From: Desulfobulbaceae bacterium
GTDB taxonomy: Bacteria > Bacteroidota > Ignavibacteria > Kapaibacteriales > UBA2268
DNA length: 64,000 nt
Assembly: GCA_018335795.1 (NCBI GenBank)
Contig: JAGXRP010000058.1
Coordinates: 11,520-75,519, forward strand
Direction: 5' to 3'
Position 1 is the stretch's first letter. The number at the start of each line of letters is the position of its first letter. Made by a program: the position numbers and the translations under genes. Positions 51,742 to 62,799 of the stretch are shown one piece after another. The notes under the pieces are model-generated. The model was not told the origin of the DNA. It worked only from the letters and a program-made list of their open reading frames with translations, and searched no databases.

Positions 51742-51779
51742 CAAAAAAAAATAGCTACCCTTTCGGAGTAGCTATTTTG
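51742..51779 (-). terminator. Hairpin flanked by A9 and T4: rho-independent terminator for the minus-strand lipoprotein gene (possibly bidirectional)
   Basis: A9-TAGCTACCCTTTCGGAGTAGCTA-TTTT. Confidence 0.55.
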
Positions 51780-51800
51780 TAAACTTGTATAAAAATGCGA

Positions 51801-52463
51801 TTACATGCTTTCGACTCTGACGCTATTCAAAAATGATTTGAAAGTGTCAATTTCCTTACTTAAAATAGATTTTGGTCCGAAGACTTTGAAATAATAAGGT
51901 CCTTCCGATGATGGAACAATTGCAGCAAGAACCATATAATCAGGCGTAGGAACAAATTCTTGTGCCATTGGGAAAGGCTTCAAATTATATGTCCCTTCCA
52001 AAATCACGAAATCTGTCTTGCCATCTTTCATTTTGATTACAGACGAATTATCGAGTTTGTTGAATTCATTTTTCCAACGTTCTATATTATCGGCTGCCAA
52101 ATCTTGTTCTCCGAAGAAGAATCCTGTAACTTTAAGCGAATTATCCGCTTTCAAGGCATACTGCACGACTCTCATTGAAGATGATGGAGCTTCGCGAATC
52201 CAAGTGCTCGGAGCTGTGAAAGTCAAGTTTGATAATTTCAAAGATGGGTCTTCTGGGTCGAAATCAGGGTCGCCTGTTGCTAATTGGTCGAGCATCATAG
52301 TATGGTCGGGCATAACACCAAGATGTGGGTCAACATTGGTCATTTCTGCATTTGGGTCTGTTTCTGCTTCTTTCTCCTTTTCACCACAAGAAATGATTAA
52401 GGCGATTGTTGCAAATAAAATCAGTAAATTTTTCATATTTATCCTCAAAAATATATTACTCAA
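51801..52463 (-). CDS. Hypothetical lipoprotein
   Basis: Signal peptide with lipobox-like LIISCG. Confidence 0.5.
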   Translation of the reverse strand: MSNIFLRINMKNLLILFATIALIISCGEKEKEAETDPNAEMTNVDPHLGVMPDHTMMLDQLATGDPDFDPEDPSLKLSNLTFTAPSTWIREAPSSSMRVVQYALKADNSLKVTGFFFGEQDLAADNIERWKNEFNKLDNSSVIKMKDGKTDFVILEGTYNLKPFPMAQEFVPTPDYMVLAAIVPSSEGPYYFKVFGPKSILSKEIDTFKSFLNSVRVESM

Positions 52464-52490
52464 AAAGACTATTAACGTTTTTACAATTTA

Positions 52491-55400
52491 TTATTTTGAT
52501 TCATCAGGAGCAGGAGGTACTGTAATTTTTTTAACCGGATTTAACTTAAGTTCCTCAAGCAATATTTCAATCGCTTTATCAAGCGATGGGTCTATACCTT
52601 TTGCTGTTAGCTCCGGGCGGTCAACAACTTCGATGTCGGGTTCGACGCCGTAATTCTCGATTATCCAATTCCCGTCTGGGTCCATGATTCTGAAAGTTGG
52701 GATGTTCAAAAACCCGCCGTCAACGAAAGCAGGATTTCCTGATATGCCGATTAATCCGCCCCATGTTCGAGTTCCGATTAATTTGCCAAGTCCTAATGAT
52801 TTGAAATAATAGGGGAATGCATCACCACCTGAACTCGAATAACCATTAATCAAACATGCTTTCGGACCCTTGTGCGAAAATGTCGGGTCGGGCAATGGGT
52901 CTAATCCGCGTCTCGCCCAATAATTCAATACGCGACGTTCGAGTAGTTTTATCATCATGCTTGGGATAAATCCACCACCATTCCATCGGTCGTCAAATAT
53001 TAAAGCGTCTTTGTCCACCTGTGGATAGAACCAACGATAAAGCTCGCGATTACCTTCAATATGAGTGTTTGGCAACCAAATATAACCAATTTTGCCACCG
53101 GATTTTTCAGCTACATATTCACGATTTTTAGTAACCCAATCCAAAAAGCGAAGTTCGGATTCGGAATTGATTGTCTTTATTTTGTATTCCCGTGCTCCGG
53201 CTTTGTCAGGCTTGTTGTTTACTTGGATTGTAATTACCTGTCCTGCTTTATTTTGCAAATATTTGTAAGGATTCTCTTTTGTAGAGATTTCTTCGCCATC
53301 AATACTGATTAAATATTCACCCTTTTTGACATCAACGCCTATTTCGGTAAGCGGTGAACGCCAAACTTCGTGCCAGTTTTCTCCTGTGAAAATTTTCTCG
53401 ATTTTGTAATATTTACTGCCATCATTTGCAAATTCGCAACCCAACATTCCGCCTTCGAATCTCTCGACTTGAGCTTCATCGCCTGAATTGACATAAGTAT
53501 GACCTGCATTGACTTCGCCGATTAATTCGCCCAAGATAAAGTCCAAATCATTTCGATGAGACACTGAAGGCAATAATTGCTCGTATTTTTTACGCATTTG
53601 TTCCCAATCATAACCGTGCATATTTGGGTCGTAGAACCAATCTCTCATCAATCTCCATGCATCTGCGTAAATCTGATTCCATTCTGCTTGCGGTTCGATT
53701 CGCAATATCATGCCGTCGAAATTAAGTTTACCGTCATCGGCTTTTTGACCCGGGCTATTTTTGCAAATTCCCCAAGTGCCACCTGATAAATAAAGTATCG
53801 TTGAACCATCAGCGGAGATTTCGTAAGTTTGAATGCTTGATATGATTTCACTTTCTTTGTTTTCGGATAAATCATATTGCATCAGTGAAGAATTTTTCTG
53901 ATAATATAATTTTCCCTTTGAGAACGATAAATTCCCGTATCCTGCATTTGCGAGTGGCAGACTTTGGATTCGGCGAGCAAAATTCTCTTGCTTGATTTTA
54001 ACTACGACAGGAGTGTCAGCTTTTTTGTCATCTTCTTTTTTCTCATCTTCATCAATTTTATATTCTATTACTGCCGGAATGCCATCGTCAAGAGCGGCAT
54101 AATAGATTTTAGTTGGATTAGTATAAAAATAATCAAATTCGTAGCCGGAAAAAGTCATGTTGAAATCACGATTGGACAAAAAGAACATGTATTTACCGTC
54201 ATCAGAAAATACAGGGTCGTAATTATTGGCAAATCCGTCTGTAAGCATAAATGTTTTGTTTTGGTCGAGAGAGTAAACGTAAATTTGTGTCAGGAAGTTT
54301 TCGCTTTCCTTTACATATACAATCCATTTGCTATCGGGCGACCAACGATAGAAAGTCATGTCTGTATAGAGTCCATGGTCAACATCAGTAATTTTGCCAC
54401 TTGACATATCTATCCATCTGAGCATTTGGTCTTTATCGCCGAAAGCCATTTTCTTGCTGTCGGGAGACCATGTGGGGGCGAATCGCCAACGAATTGAATT
54501 TTTTGTTATTTGCTTGGGTTTTTCCGAGCCATCATTATTAATTGTGTAAAGTTCGTATTCTCCTGTAGCATCTGAATAGTATGCAATCGTTTTACCATCC
54601 GGTGAACATGTAGGATAAATTTCCCTTACTCCTGAAGTTTTCGTCAAATTATAAGTTTCGCCGATTTTTGCCGGAACGGAAAATAAATCCCCGCGTGCAT
54701 CAAAAACTGCTCGTTTGCCATTTGCAGATATTGAAGCAGATTGAATATTGCTTTTTACATTTTTAAAGTATGGAACTGATAATCCGCCGTCATTTGCAAT
54801 GTTGATTGTCAAGGCTTGGGTTGCTTTTGTTTCGGGATTGAGTTTCCAAATCCTGCCACCGCATTGATAAACAATTCCTCCGGGACCGCTTGAGGGCCAT
54901 AAAACGTCAAAATCTTCATGATTTGTGATTTTTTCGGTAGATTTCGTTTTAGTATCATAAGCAAATAAGTTAAGCGTATAATCTCTGTCGGAAGTGAAAT
55001 AAACTTTGTCGCCATGCCAGACGGGCATATTATCTGTCATTGTATGTTTGGTGATTTGCTCTGCAGTTACATTTTTTATATCATAAATCCAAACATCTTG
55101 AGCTCTGCCACCGCGATAACGCTTCCAAGTACGCCATTCTCGTGCGATAGGTGTGAATGCCAATTTTGAACCGTCAGGAGAGTAGTCTGCATATCCGCCC
55201 TCGATTAATGGCAAGGGAGTTTCCAAACCACCATTAAAAGGGACTGTATAGTATTTCCCGTTACGTTCGCTCCAAGGAGTGCGATTGGCGATGAATAAAA
55301 TATTTTTTCCGTCGGGTGTCCAACCTAGAACTTGATTATCGTAACCGCCTCTCGGTGGCATTACACCCACATCATTGTAATAAGTAAGTTGAGTAGGCAT

Positions 55401-55682
55401 TCCACCCTCAGCAGGTATTACATAAACTTGGCGAGTCCCTGTATATTCTGCCGAGAAGGCAATCCATTTCCCATCGGGCGAGAATTTCGGGAATAGTTCT
55501 TTACCCTTATGTGAAGTTAATTGGCGGGCTGTACCTCCGGTCGAAGAGCTAATATAAATATCACCACCGTATACAAAGGCTATTTTGTCGTTATGAATAT
55601 CAGGGAATCTCAACATCCTTGTACCGGCTAAAACAGTAGCGGGTATAAGCATCAACACTATCAATGCAAGGCGCAATTTCAT
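52491..55682 (-). CDS. Tricorn-protease-like protein (beta-propellers/PD40 repeats + PDZ + S41 peptidase)
   Basis: 1063 aa; TolB/PD40-like propeller repeats N-terminal; C-terminal S41 region (GYIWLPNTH, NGGGFIP). Confidence 0.75.
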   Translation of the reverse strand: MKLRLALIVLMLIPATVLAGTRMLRFPDIHNDKIAFVYGGDIYISSSTGGTARQLTSHKGKELFPKFSPDGKWIAFSAEYTGTRQVYVIPAEGGMPTQLTYYNDVGVMPPRGGYDNQVLGWTPDGKNILFIANRTPWSERNGKYYTVPFNGGLETPLPLIEGGYADYSPDGSKLAFTPIAREWRTWKRYRGGRAQDVWIYDIKNVTAEQITKHTMTDNMPVWHGDKVYFTSDRDYTLNLFAYDTKTKSTEKITNHEDFDVLWPSSGPGGIVYQCGGRIWKLNPETKATQALTINIANDGGLSVPYFKNVKSNIQSASISANGKRAVFDARGDLFSVPAKIGETYNLTKTSGVREIYPTCSPDGKTIAYYSDATGEYELYTINNDGSEKPKQITKNSIRWRFAPTWSPDSKKMAFGDKDQMLRWIDMSSGKITDVDHGLYTDMTFYRWSPDSKWIVYVKESENFLTQIYVYSLDQNKTFMLTDGFANNYDPVFSDDGKYMFFLSNRDFNMTFSGYEFDYFYTNPTKIYYAALDDGIPAVIEYKIDEDEKKEDDKKADTPVVVKIKQENFARRIQSLPLANAGYGNLSFSKGKLYYQKNSSLMQYDLSENKESEIISSIQTYEISADGSTILYLSGGTWGICKNSPGQKADDGKLNFDGMILRIEPQAEWNQIYADAWRLMRDWFYDPNMHGYDWEQMRKKYEQLLPSVSHRNDLDFILGELIGEVNAGHTYVNSGDEAQVERFEGGMLGCEFANDGSKYYKIEKIFTGENWHEVWRSPLTEIGVDVKKGEYLISIDGEEISTKENPYKYLQNKAGQVITIQVNNKPDKAGAREYKIKTINSESELRFLDWVTKNREYVAEKSGGKIGYIWLPNTHIEGNRELYRWFYPQVDKDALIFDDRWNGGGFIPSMMIKLLERRVLNYWARRGLDPLPDPTFSHKGPKACLINGYSSSGGDAFPYYFKSLGLGKLIGTRTWGGLIGISGNPAFVDGGFLNIPTFRIMDPDGNWIIENYGVEPDIEVVDRPELTAKGIDPSLDKAIEILLEELKLNPVKKITVPPAPDESK

Positions 55683-55941
55683 TAATCTTTCCTAATTTAT
55701 TTTTTTTGCAAATTTTTCAATTACAATTTTAAGCATTTTCATCCACATAAGCAATTATTGCTTACGTAATTCGTAGAGAACATTTATGTGTATATCGTTA
55801 ATTTTTTTTAATAATGAGATTTTATTTGCAAAAATCAAAAATTGTGTTTATTTTAGTATATTAGAATAAGAGTTTTAAGTGTAACTAAATTCTATTTAAA
55901 TATGGTATTGTAATTATAATTACGGTATTGTTTATAACAAT

Positions 55942-58900
55942 TTGAAAATAACATTCTTTATTTTAATAGGGGTTTTTATGAAAATTATGAAACTTTTGGT
56001 TTTGGTAGTAATGTTCTTGCTACCTGCGGTTTTATTTAGTCAAAATCCGGTACACTTTACTTTTACAAGTGTAACGGGTAATAATATGACAGTTGTCGTG
56101 CCTTTAGCGGTTAACCCGACTATCAGCGGAGTACCATTATCAGCGGGTGATGAAATTGGTGTTTATACTCCCAATGGACTTTGCGTAGGTGCAACTGTAT
56201 GGACAGGTACAAACAATCGTTCAATAACTGTTTGGGGCGACAATGACCAAACTGCGGTAGTTGACGGAATGGTTGCCGGTCAAGCTGTACATTTTAGAAT
56301 TTGGGATAAATCAGAAGATATTGAATATTCAGTCGTTACGGCTACATGGGTCGGCGGCGGAACTCGTACATACTCAGCTGGTTCTTTTTCTCCAAACGTA
56401 GCAACACTTCAGGCTTTCTCAGTTCCTGCTCAGCCAAATATCACAGCTCCTGCAGATAATTCTGTTGGAAATGCATTGAGTGGTAATATTGTATGGGATG
56501 CTGCGAGCGGAGCAGACGATTATGACGTTGTATTATCGGCAAACAGTAATTTTTCAAGCCCAATTATAAACTCAAACACGACTAACACAAGCTTAGCTTA
56601 CTCAGGTTTGAATTTTAATACAATGTATTACGTACGCGTAAGAGGAAATAATGACGTTGGTGCAGGTGCATGGGACGAAGTTTCCTGGAAAACTAAATTA
56701 GGTCAAGTTACACTTATTAGCCCGGCTAATGGCGCTACAGGTTTGATGGAAAGCGGTACTTTATCTTGGAACTCAGTTTCCGGTGCTGCCAACTATGACC
56801 TTACAATTGCTACAGATGCAGGATTTACAAATGTTGTGGTCAGCACAAATGTTGCAGGTACTTCATATAACTATTCAAACTTTAACAATTATCAGACTTA
56901 TTACTGGAAAGTTCAAGCTAAAGACGGCTCCAACACAGGCGATGTGTCAGCTACTAGAAACTTCAGAATAAGAGTGGGAAGCCCCGTAATCACAGCTCCG
57001 GCTAACGGTTCGACAGGATTAGCTTTAAATGGCAATGCTGCGTGGACTGCTGTTACCGGCGCTACAAAATATCGTATGCAAATTGCAACTGACGCAGCAT
57101 TTGCGAACGTTATTCAAGAAGTAAATAATATCACTCTTACAAACCAAAATTATACAGGTTTGAGCAACTATACTAATTATTTCATTAGAGTATTTGCAGG
57201 TGATGCTGATGGCGAAGGAATTGTTTCGGCTACTGTTACATTTAGAACTATACTTGGTATCCCGACTAACCTTACTCCTGCAAACGGTTCTTTTGCTCGT
57301 CCTTTGGCAGGCAATTTGACATGGAGTGCTGTAACTGGTGCTACTACTTATAATGTTCAAATTTCTACCAATGCTACATTTACAAATATCATAGTTGATG
57401 CCAATAATGCAACTACAACTTATGCTTATGCAGGTTTGAATAACAACACTCAATATTTCTGGAGAGTTAGAGCCGGCGAAGGTGGTGGTGTTTTCAATTC
57501 ATTCTCTGCTCATACAAGTTTCACTACTTTGTTAGGTCAAGTTGTATTGAATACTCCTGCTAATAATGCTACCGGTGTTTCGCCTTTGAGTGGAACCTTT
57601 ACTTGGACTGCATTATCGGGCGCTACAAATTATCGCATTCAAGTTGCAACAGATGTTAATTTCGCTAACATTGTTATCAACCAAGACGGTATTGCAGCTA
57701 CCAATTTCAATTATACAAACTTGAATAGTGTTACAACTTATTTCTGGAGAGTAATTGGTTATAATGCAAACGATGCAGGACAAAATTCTGCAGTATTCCA
57801 ATTCTTGACTTCTCTTGGCAAAGTTGCACTTGTTGCACCTGCTAATAATGCAGTCGGCGTTGAATTGAACGGCGTGAATTTCTCTTGGACTTCTGTGAAT
57901 GGTGCTGAATCATACAGACTTCAAATTTCAGAACAAGCTGACTTCTCAGCTTTTGTTGTCAACACTGGCGGAATTGCAGGAACTTCAACTGTAATTAATG
58001 GCTTAATGTACAACAAAACATACTATTGGAGAGCAAATGCTCAAAATACTAATAATGGAGAAGGTCCTGTAAGTGATTCACGTTCATTCCAAACGAAAGT
58101 CGCTGCTCCGACTTTGCTTACTCCGGTTAATAATGAAACGGATGTAATTCTTGATGGTCAAATGACTTGGACAGCTGTCACAGGCGCTGATTCATACCAA
58201 GTTCAAGTTTCATTGGTTAACAATTTCTCTTCAACAGTTATTAGCGCTACTAACGCTACTACGACTTATAATTATTCCGGTTTGGAAAATAACAAACAAC
58301 ATTTCTGGAGGGTAAGAGGAATCAAAAACGGAGGTTTCGGTGATTGGTCATCTGTATTTACTTTCGAAACTATGAGCCTCGCAGCTCCTGTACTTTTATC
58401 ACCGGTTAATGGAAAATTGAATCAATTTCTTGACGTAACTTTCACATGGGAAGCCGTTACTGATGCAACAGGTTATAACTTCCGTTTAGCATCTGATGCC
58501 GGATTTACTAATATCGTTGCTTCAGGTAATAACTTAGGCACTACATCATTCAACGTTACAGGGTTATTCAAAGACAGAAAATACTATTGGCAAGTCCAAA
58601 CAGTCGGTTTGCAAGGTGTTTCAAACTGGTCAACTGCATTCAATTTCACAACAATCAAAGCTCCAATCGTTTCAGGTCCGAATGCTGTTTGCCAAAGCAG
58701 CCAAGGAATGTATTCGACAGAATTCTTCGATTTCATTGATTATCAATGGACTGTCACAGGCGGTACTATCGTTGGTCCTTCGACACTATCAACGGTTACT
58801 GTCAACTGGGGAACAAATGCTTCCGGTACTGTTAAAGTTACTCGTAGTTCTGCTGAATGGGGTACTTATACAGACAACGCAACAATGAATGTATCATTGA

Positions 58901-59979
58901 CTCCAATTGCCTCGATTGCCGTTGGTATTGATGCTGAACATTATTACGAAGGCAACGCTTGTATGAACGAAACAATTAAATTTACAGGAACTACAAGCAG
59001 TGAAAATCCTGTAGTTTGGAGTTGGAATATGGGCGACGGTACTATGAAATCAGGCAAAATCGTATCGCACGTTTATGCAACTCCGGGTGATTATACTGTC
59101 ACTCTTACTGTTACAAACGGTGTGTTCTGCGAACGTGGCGAAGAAACTTACGACATTGAAGTTCGCGATGATTGCCCGCTAACTATACTCAGAGATGCTG
59201 AACTTGAATCATGTAAAGAAACTTCACCTACATTCCAAAGTGTAGTATTTGGGGGTTCGGGAGATTATTCATTTATTTGGGCTCCTGCAGCTGACTTCGT
59301 TAATGCAACAGTCCTTAATGCAACTCTCAAAAGAGCAGTTTTCTCGAAAGAATATAAACTTACAATATTTGACAACGAAAGCGACGAAACATTAGTTACT
59401 TATCCTTATCTTAAAGTATTGGCTTCACCAAGTGCATCTTTAAGTAAAGGATTTGTTGTCGTCAAGGGAATGGGCTCGATTGATTTGACTGACCCTTCAA
59501 TTTTAGTTGTTTCCGTTTCAGGTGGTCAAGCTCCTTATATTCACAGATGGGTTGATGCAAATGGTCAAGAAGTTGACCCGACCAACGTTAATCCTCCGGT
59601 AGGCTCGACTTCATATTATTTGACTATAATTGACGATAATGGATGTTTGTCTGTCGAAAAAAGATTCATCGTATTCCGTTCAGCTTCGAAAGATGCTATT
59701 CCTGAAGATGTCGTTGCCGGTGTTTCAGGTACAGGTTACATGTTCACTTATCCGAACCCTGTTGTTGACAATATGAATATCATTGCCGAATTTGACGAAC
59801 AATCATACACTACTTTAAGAGTTATGAATTTGTTAGGAGAAGAAGTTCTTTATATTAATCTTGGTTCGATGAAGAGTATCGAAACTGAAATCAGCCTTCG
59901 TCATTTGACTAAAGGATTCTACAACTTAGTTGTCGAAACTGAAAATAATACTTTCGTTAAGCCATTCATCAAAGAATAG
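55942..59979 (+). CDS. Secreted protein with ~11 tandem FN3-like repeats, PKD domain and T9SS CTD
   Basis: Repeats with W(T/S)AV(T/S)GA..Y..Q(I/V)ATD..F.N; PKD (WSWNMGDGT...GDYTVTLTVTN); C-terminal YPNPVVDNMNI...FYNLVVE. Confidence 0.7.
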   Translation: MKITFFILIGVFMKIMKLLVLVVMFLLPAVLFSQNPVHFTFTSVTGNNMTVVVPLAVNPTISGVPLSAGDEIGVYTPNGLCVGATVWTGTNNRSITVWGDNDQTAVVDGMVAGQAVHFRIWDKSEDIEYSVVTATWVGGGTRTYSAGSFSPNVATLQAFSVPAQPNITAPADNSVGNALSGNIVWDAASGADDYDVVLSANSNFSSPIINSNTTNTSLAYSGLNFNTMYYVRVRGNNDVGAGAWDEVSWKTKLGQVTLISPANGATGLMESGTLSWNSVSGAANYDLTIATDAGFTNVVVSTNVAGTSYNYSNFNNYQTYYWKVQAKDGSNTGDVSATRNFRIRVGSPVITAPANGSTGLALNGNAAWTAVTGATKYRMQIATDAAFANVIQEVNNITLTNQNYTGLSNYTNYFIRVFAGDADGEGIVSATVTFRTILGIPTNLTPANGSFARPLAGNLTWSAVTGATTYNVQISTNATFTNIIVDANNATTTYAYAGLNNNTQYFWRVRAGEGGGVFNSFSAHTSFTTLLGQVVLNTPANNATGVSPLSGTFTWTALSGATNYRIQVATDVNFANIVINQDGIAATNFNYTNLNSVTTYFWRVIGYNANDAGQNSAVFQFLTSLGKVALVAPANNAVGVELNGVNFSWTSVNGAESYRLQISEQADFSAFVVNTGGIAGTSTVINGLMYNKTYYWRANAQNTNNGEGPVSDSRSFQTKVAAPTLLTPVNNETDVILDGQMTWTAVTGADSYQVQVSLVNNFSSTVISATNATTTYNYSGLENNKQHFWRVRGIKNGGFGDWSSVFTFETMSLAAPVLLSPVNGKLNQFLDVTFTWEAVTDATGYNFRLASDAGFTNIVASGNNLGTTSFNVTGLFKDRKYYWQVQTVGLQGVSNWSTAFNFTTIKAPIVSGPNAVCQSSQGMYSTEFFDFIDYQWTVTGGTIVGPSTLSTVTVNWGTNASGTVKVTRSSAEWGTYTDNATMNVSLTPIASIAVGIDAEHYYEGNACMNETIKFTGTTSSENPVVWSWNMGDGTMKSGKIVSHVYATPGDYTVTLTVTNGVFCERGEETYDIEVRDDCPLTILRDAELESCKETSPTFQSVVFGGSGDYSFIWAPAADFVNATVLNATLKRAVFSKEYKLTIFDNESDETLVTYPYLKVLASPSASLSKGFVVVKGMGSIDLTDPSILVVSVSGGQAPYIHRWVDANGQEVDPTNVNPPVGSTSYYLTIIDDNGCLSVEKRFIVFRSASKDAIPEDVVAGVSGTGYMFTYPNPVVDNMNIIAEFDEQSYTTLRVMNLLGEEVLYINLGSMKSIETEISLRHLTKGFYNLVVETENNTFVKPFIKE

Positions 59980-60002
59980 TTTAGAATTTTAATTTAATAT
60001 AA

Positions 60003-60038
60003 CTGCACCTTTTTAATTGAAGGTGCAGTTTTTTTATT
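60003..60038 (+). terminator. Rho-independent terminator
   Basis: CTGCACC-ttttttaattgaa-GGTGCAG + T7ATTT. Confidence 0.7.
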
Positions 60039-60160
60039 TATAAGCTCAAACACAATATTTGATGTTATTTCGTTTCTTTATACTTAATAATTGGACTTTT
60101 GTCCTGATTTTTAGTTACCTTTGCAGACTTTAGAAAATTGCATTTGGAATAAAATAGAAA

Positions 60161-61858
60161 ATGAAACAAACTGAATTTTTTGTACCTACTCTGAAAGAGA
60201 CGCCTGCTGACGCAACGATTCCGTCGCACCAACTGATGCTACGTGCAGGCTTAGTGCGTCCTTTGGCTTCCGGGATATTCTCCTTCCTGCCAATGGGATT
60301 CCGCGTTCTGAACAAAGTGATTAACATCATTAGAGATGAAATGAATGCAATCGGAGGGCAGGAGTTTTTGCTTCCGGCACTCAACCCGATTGAAATTTGG
60401 GAACAAACCGGCAGAGTCGAGGCTATGGGTGATGTCATGTTCCATATTAAGAACAGGGAAGGGCTCGTATTAGCTCCCACTCACGAGGAAATTATCACTT
60501 ACCATGCTCGCCAACACGTAAAATCATATCGCGACATGCCACAAATTTGGTATCAAATTCAAACTAAATTCCGCAACGAACCTCGTCCAAAATCCGGTGT
60601 TCTTCGCGGCAGACAGTTCATCATGAAAGATGCTTACTCTCTCGATACTACTTGGGAAGGATTGGATGCAAGCTATGATAAGCATTACGAAGCATATAAG
60701 GCAATTTTCAACAAATGCAAGATTAAATTCTTCGATGTTGGTGCTTCGAGCGGTGCAATGGGTGGCAGCAAATCCCAAGAATTTATGGTCGAATCCGATT
60801 CCGGCGAGGACACTTGCGCAATCAGCGATGCGGGTTACGCTGCAAATATAGAAGTAGCGACTTCCAATCTACCACCTGTTGGCAGAATTGACCAAGATTT
60901 GCCGCTCGAAAAATTTGCTACTCCAAATGCCAAAACAATTGATGATTTGATTGAACAATTCAATATACCCGAACATCGTTGTGCCAAATCTGTTGTTTAT
61001 ATGGCTGACGAATCGCCTGTATTGATTTTTATGCGTGGCAATGATGAATTGAACGAATCCAAATTGCAATCTGTTCTTGGCACTGCAAACGTCCGCCCGG
61101 CTGTTTCCGAAGAGTTAATTCAATTCACAGGTGCAGACCACGGTTCGATTGGTCCGATTAATCTCAAATCAAAAATTAAAATTATTGCCGATAATTTGCT
61201 CAAAGATGCCAGTGGAATGGTCAGTGGTGCAAATGAAGACGGCTACCATTACAAAAACATAGATTTTGTTCGCGATACCACAATTATGGATTACCACGAT
61301 TTGCGAACCGTTCAAGCGGGCGAACCATGCCCCATCAGTGGTCAACCATTGAGAGTTGTAAAAGCTATCGAATTAGGACATATTTTCAAACTCGGCACAA
61401 AATATTCTGTGGCTTTGGGCGCAAACTATCTTGATTCCGAAGGCAAAGAACACCCAATTATCATGGGTAGCTATGGCATAGGCGTTGAAAGGGTTATGGC
61501 ATGCTATATTGAGCAACATCACGATGAAAAAGGTATAATCTGGTCATCGCCATTAACTCCTTTCCACGTTCATTTGATTGGCATCAACGAACCGAAATTC
61601 CCCGAAGTCAAGGCTGCTGCCGAAGGAATTTATTCCGATTTGGTAAAAGCAGGATTTGATGTGCTATATGACGACCGCGACGAATCACCCGGAATTAAGT
61701 TCAACGACGCAGATTTGATTGGTTTACCGATTCAAATCATCGTTGGCAACAAGAATCTAAAAGATGGCAATATCGAAATTAAAGACCGCCAGACAGGCGA
61801 CAGGAAATCTATTTCGATTAGTAATGTTATAACGGAAATACAAGAATTTTATAAATAA
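60161..61858 (+). CDS. proS: Prolyl-tRNA synthetase
   Basis: 565 aa; class II aaRS motifs and full-length ProS conservation. Confidence 0.9.
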   Translation: MKQTEFFVPTLKETPADATIPSHQLMLRAGLVRPLASGIFSFLPMGFRVLNKVINIIRDEMNAIGGQEFLLPALNPIEIWEQTGRVEAMGDVMFHIKNREGLVLAPTHEEIITYHARQHVKSYRDMPQIWYQIQTKFRNEPRPKSGVLRGRQFIMKDAYSLDTTWEGLDASYDKHYEAYKAIFNKCKIKFFDVGASSGAMGGSKSQEFMVESDSGEDTCAISDAGYAANIEVATSNLPPVGRIDQDLPLEKFATPNAKTIDDLIEQFNIPEHRCAKSVVYMADESPVLIFMRGNDELNESKLQSVLGTANVRPAVSEELIQFTGADHGSIGPINLKSKIKIIADNLLKDASGMVSGANEDGYHYKNIDFVRDTTIMDYHDLRTVQAGEPCPISGQPLRVVKAIELGHIFKLGTKYSVALGANYLDSEGKEHPIIMGSYGIGVERVMACYIEQHHDEKGIIWSSPLTPFHVHLIGINEPKFPEVKAAAEGIYSDLVKAGFDVLYDDRDESPGIKFNDADLIGLPIQIIVGNKNLKDGNIEIKDRQTGDRKSISISNVITEIQEFYK

Positions 61859-61899
61859 TAGTAGGGGAGATTGTCAGCACAATTTCCCCTTATGATAAT

Positions 61900-62730
61900 A
61901 TGACAAAGAAAGTTGACCTACATATGCACACCTATTACTCCGACGGAGCTTTGTCTCCGGAGGAGCTATTGGTTAAGGCACAATCAGTCGGACTTTCCGT
62001 AATCAGTATTACTGACCACGATACACTTGACGGGTGCATCAATGCTATGAGTCTTGCACCCAAATATGGAATTGAGATTATTACAGGCTGCGAGTTCAGT
62101 TGTAACGACGCCGAGCGCGAATTTCACGTACTCGGCTATAACGTTGACCCCGACAATAAGCACCTCAAATTCCATCTTCATAACTTCCGTAATGCCAGAC
62201 TTGTGCGCGCCAAGCAAATACACAAGAAATTGCGCAACATGGGTATGATGATTGATTTTGACGACATTTTAATCAAGGCTGACCAAGCGCCAATCACCCG
62301 TCCGCACATCGCTCAGATATTGCTCGAAAAAGGCTATGTAGAGACTTTACGACAGGCTTTTGATAAATTTATAGGCGACAGCGGACCTGCATTCCACCCC
62401 AAAGCAGTATTTCCGGTGAGCCAGGCTATAAAATTGATTAACCAGGCAAATGGCGTCGCAGTGTTGGCGCATCCGGCAAATTTTGTTGACCAGCCGACAC
62501 TCTACAAGATGATTCAAAGCGGTTTGGACGGCATCGAGGTCATTCACCCGATGCATAACCAATCCCAACGCGAATTCTACCGCTCGATAGCAGCACAATA
62601 TTGGCTACTCGAAACGGGCGGCTCCGACTTCCACGGCAACCGCGAACAAGACGAACTCAACTTCGGCAACTTCTACATTCCCTATTCAATCGTCGAATCC
62701 ATCAAATACCACACCGGGCAGTTGTATTAG
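61900..62730 (+). CDS. PHP-domain metal-dependent phosphoesterase (TrpH/YciV-like)
   Basis: VDLHMHTYYSDG, ITDHDT motifs. Confidence 0.75.
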   Translation: MTKKVDLHMHTYYSDGALSPEELLVKAQSVGLSVISITDHDTLDGCINAMSLAPKYGIEIITGCEFSCNDAEREFHVLGYNVDPDNKHLKFHLHNFRNARLVRAKQIHKKLRNMGMMIDFDDILIKADQAPITRPHIAQILLEKGYVETLRQAFDKFIGDSGPAFHPKAVFPVSQAIKLINQANGVAVLAHPANFVDQPTLYKMIQSGLDGIEVIHPMHNQSQREFYRSIAAQYWLLETGGSDFHGNREQDELNFGNFYIPYSIVESIKYHTGQLY

Positions 62731-62799
62731 GGGAGGTGGGAGTGACAATTGAATTACCATTAAAAAGGCACTAGCTTTATATCGCGCTAGCAGTTTATT

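Noticed and set aside
61866-61893. Hairpin AGGGGA-N16-TCCCCT after proS as a terminator
   Set aside because: No T-tract follows, so it may be a structured spacer only. It is left unannotated.
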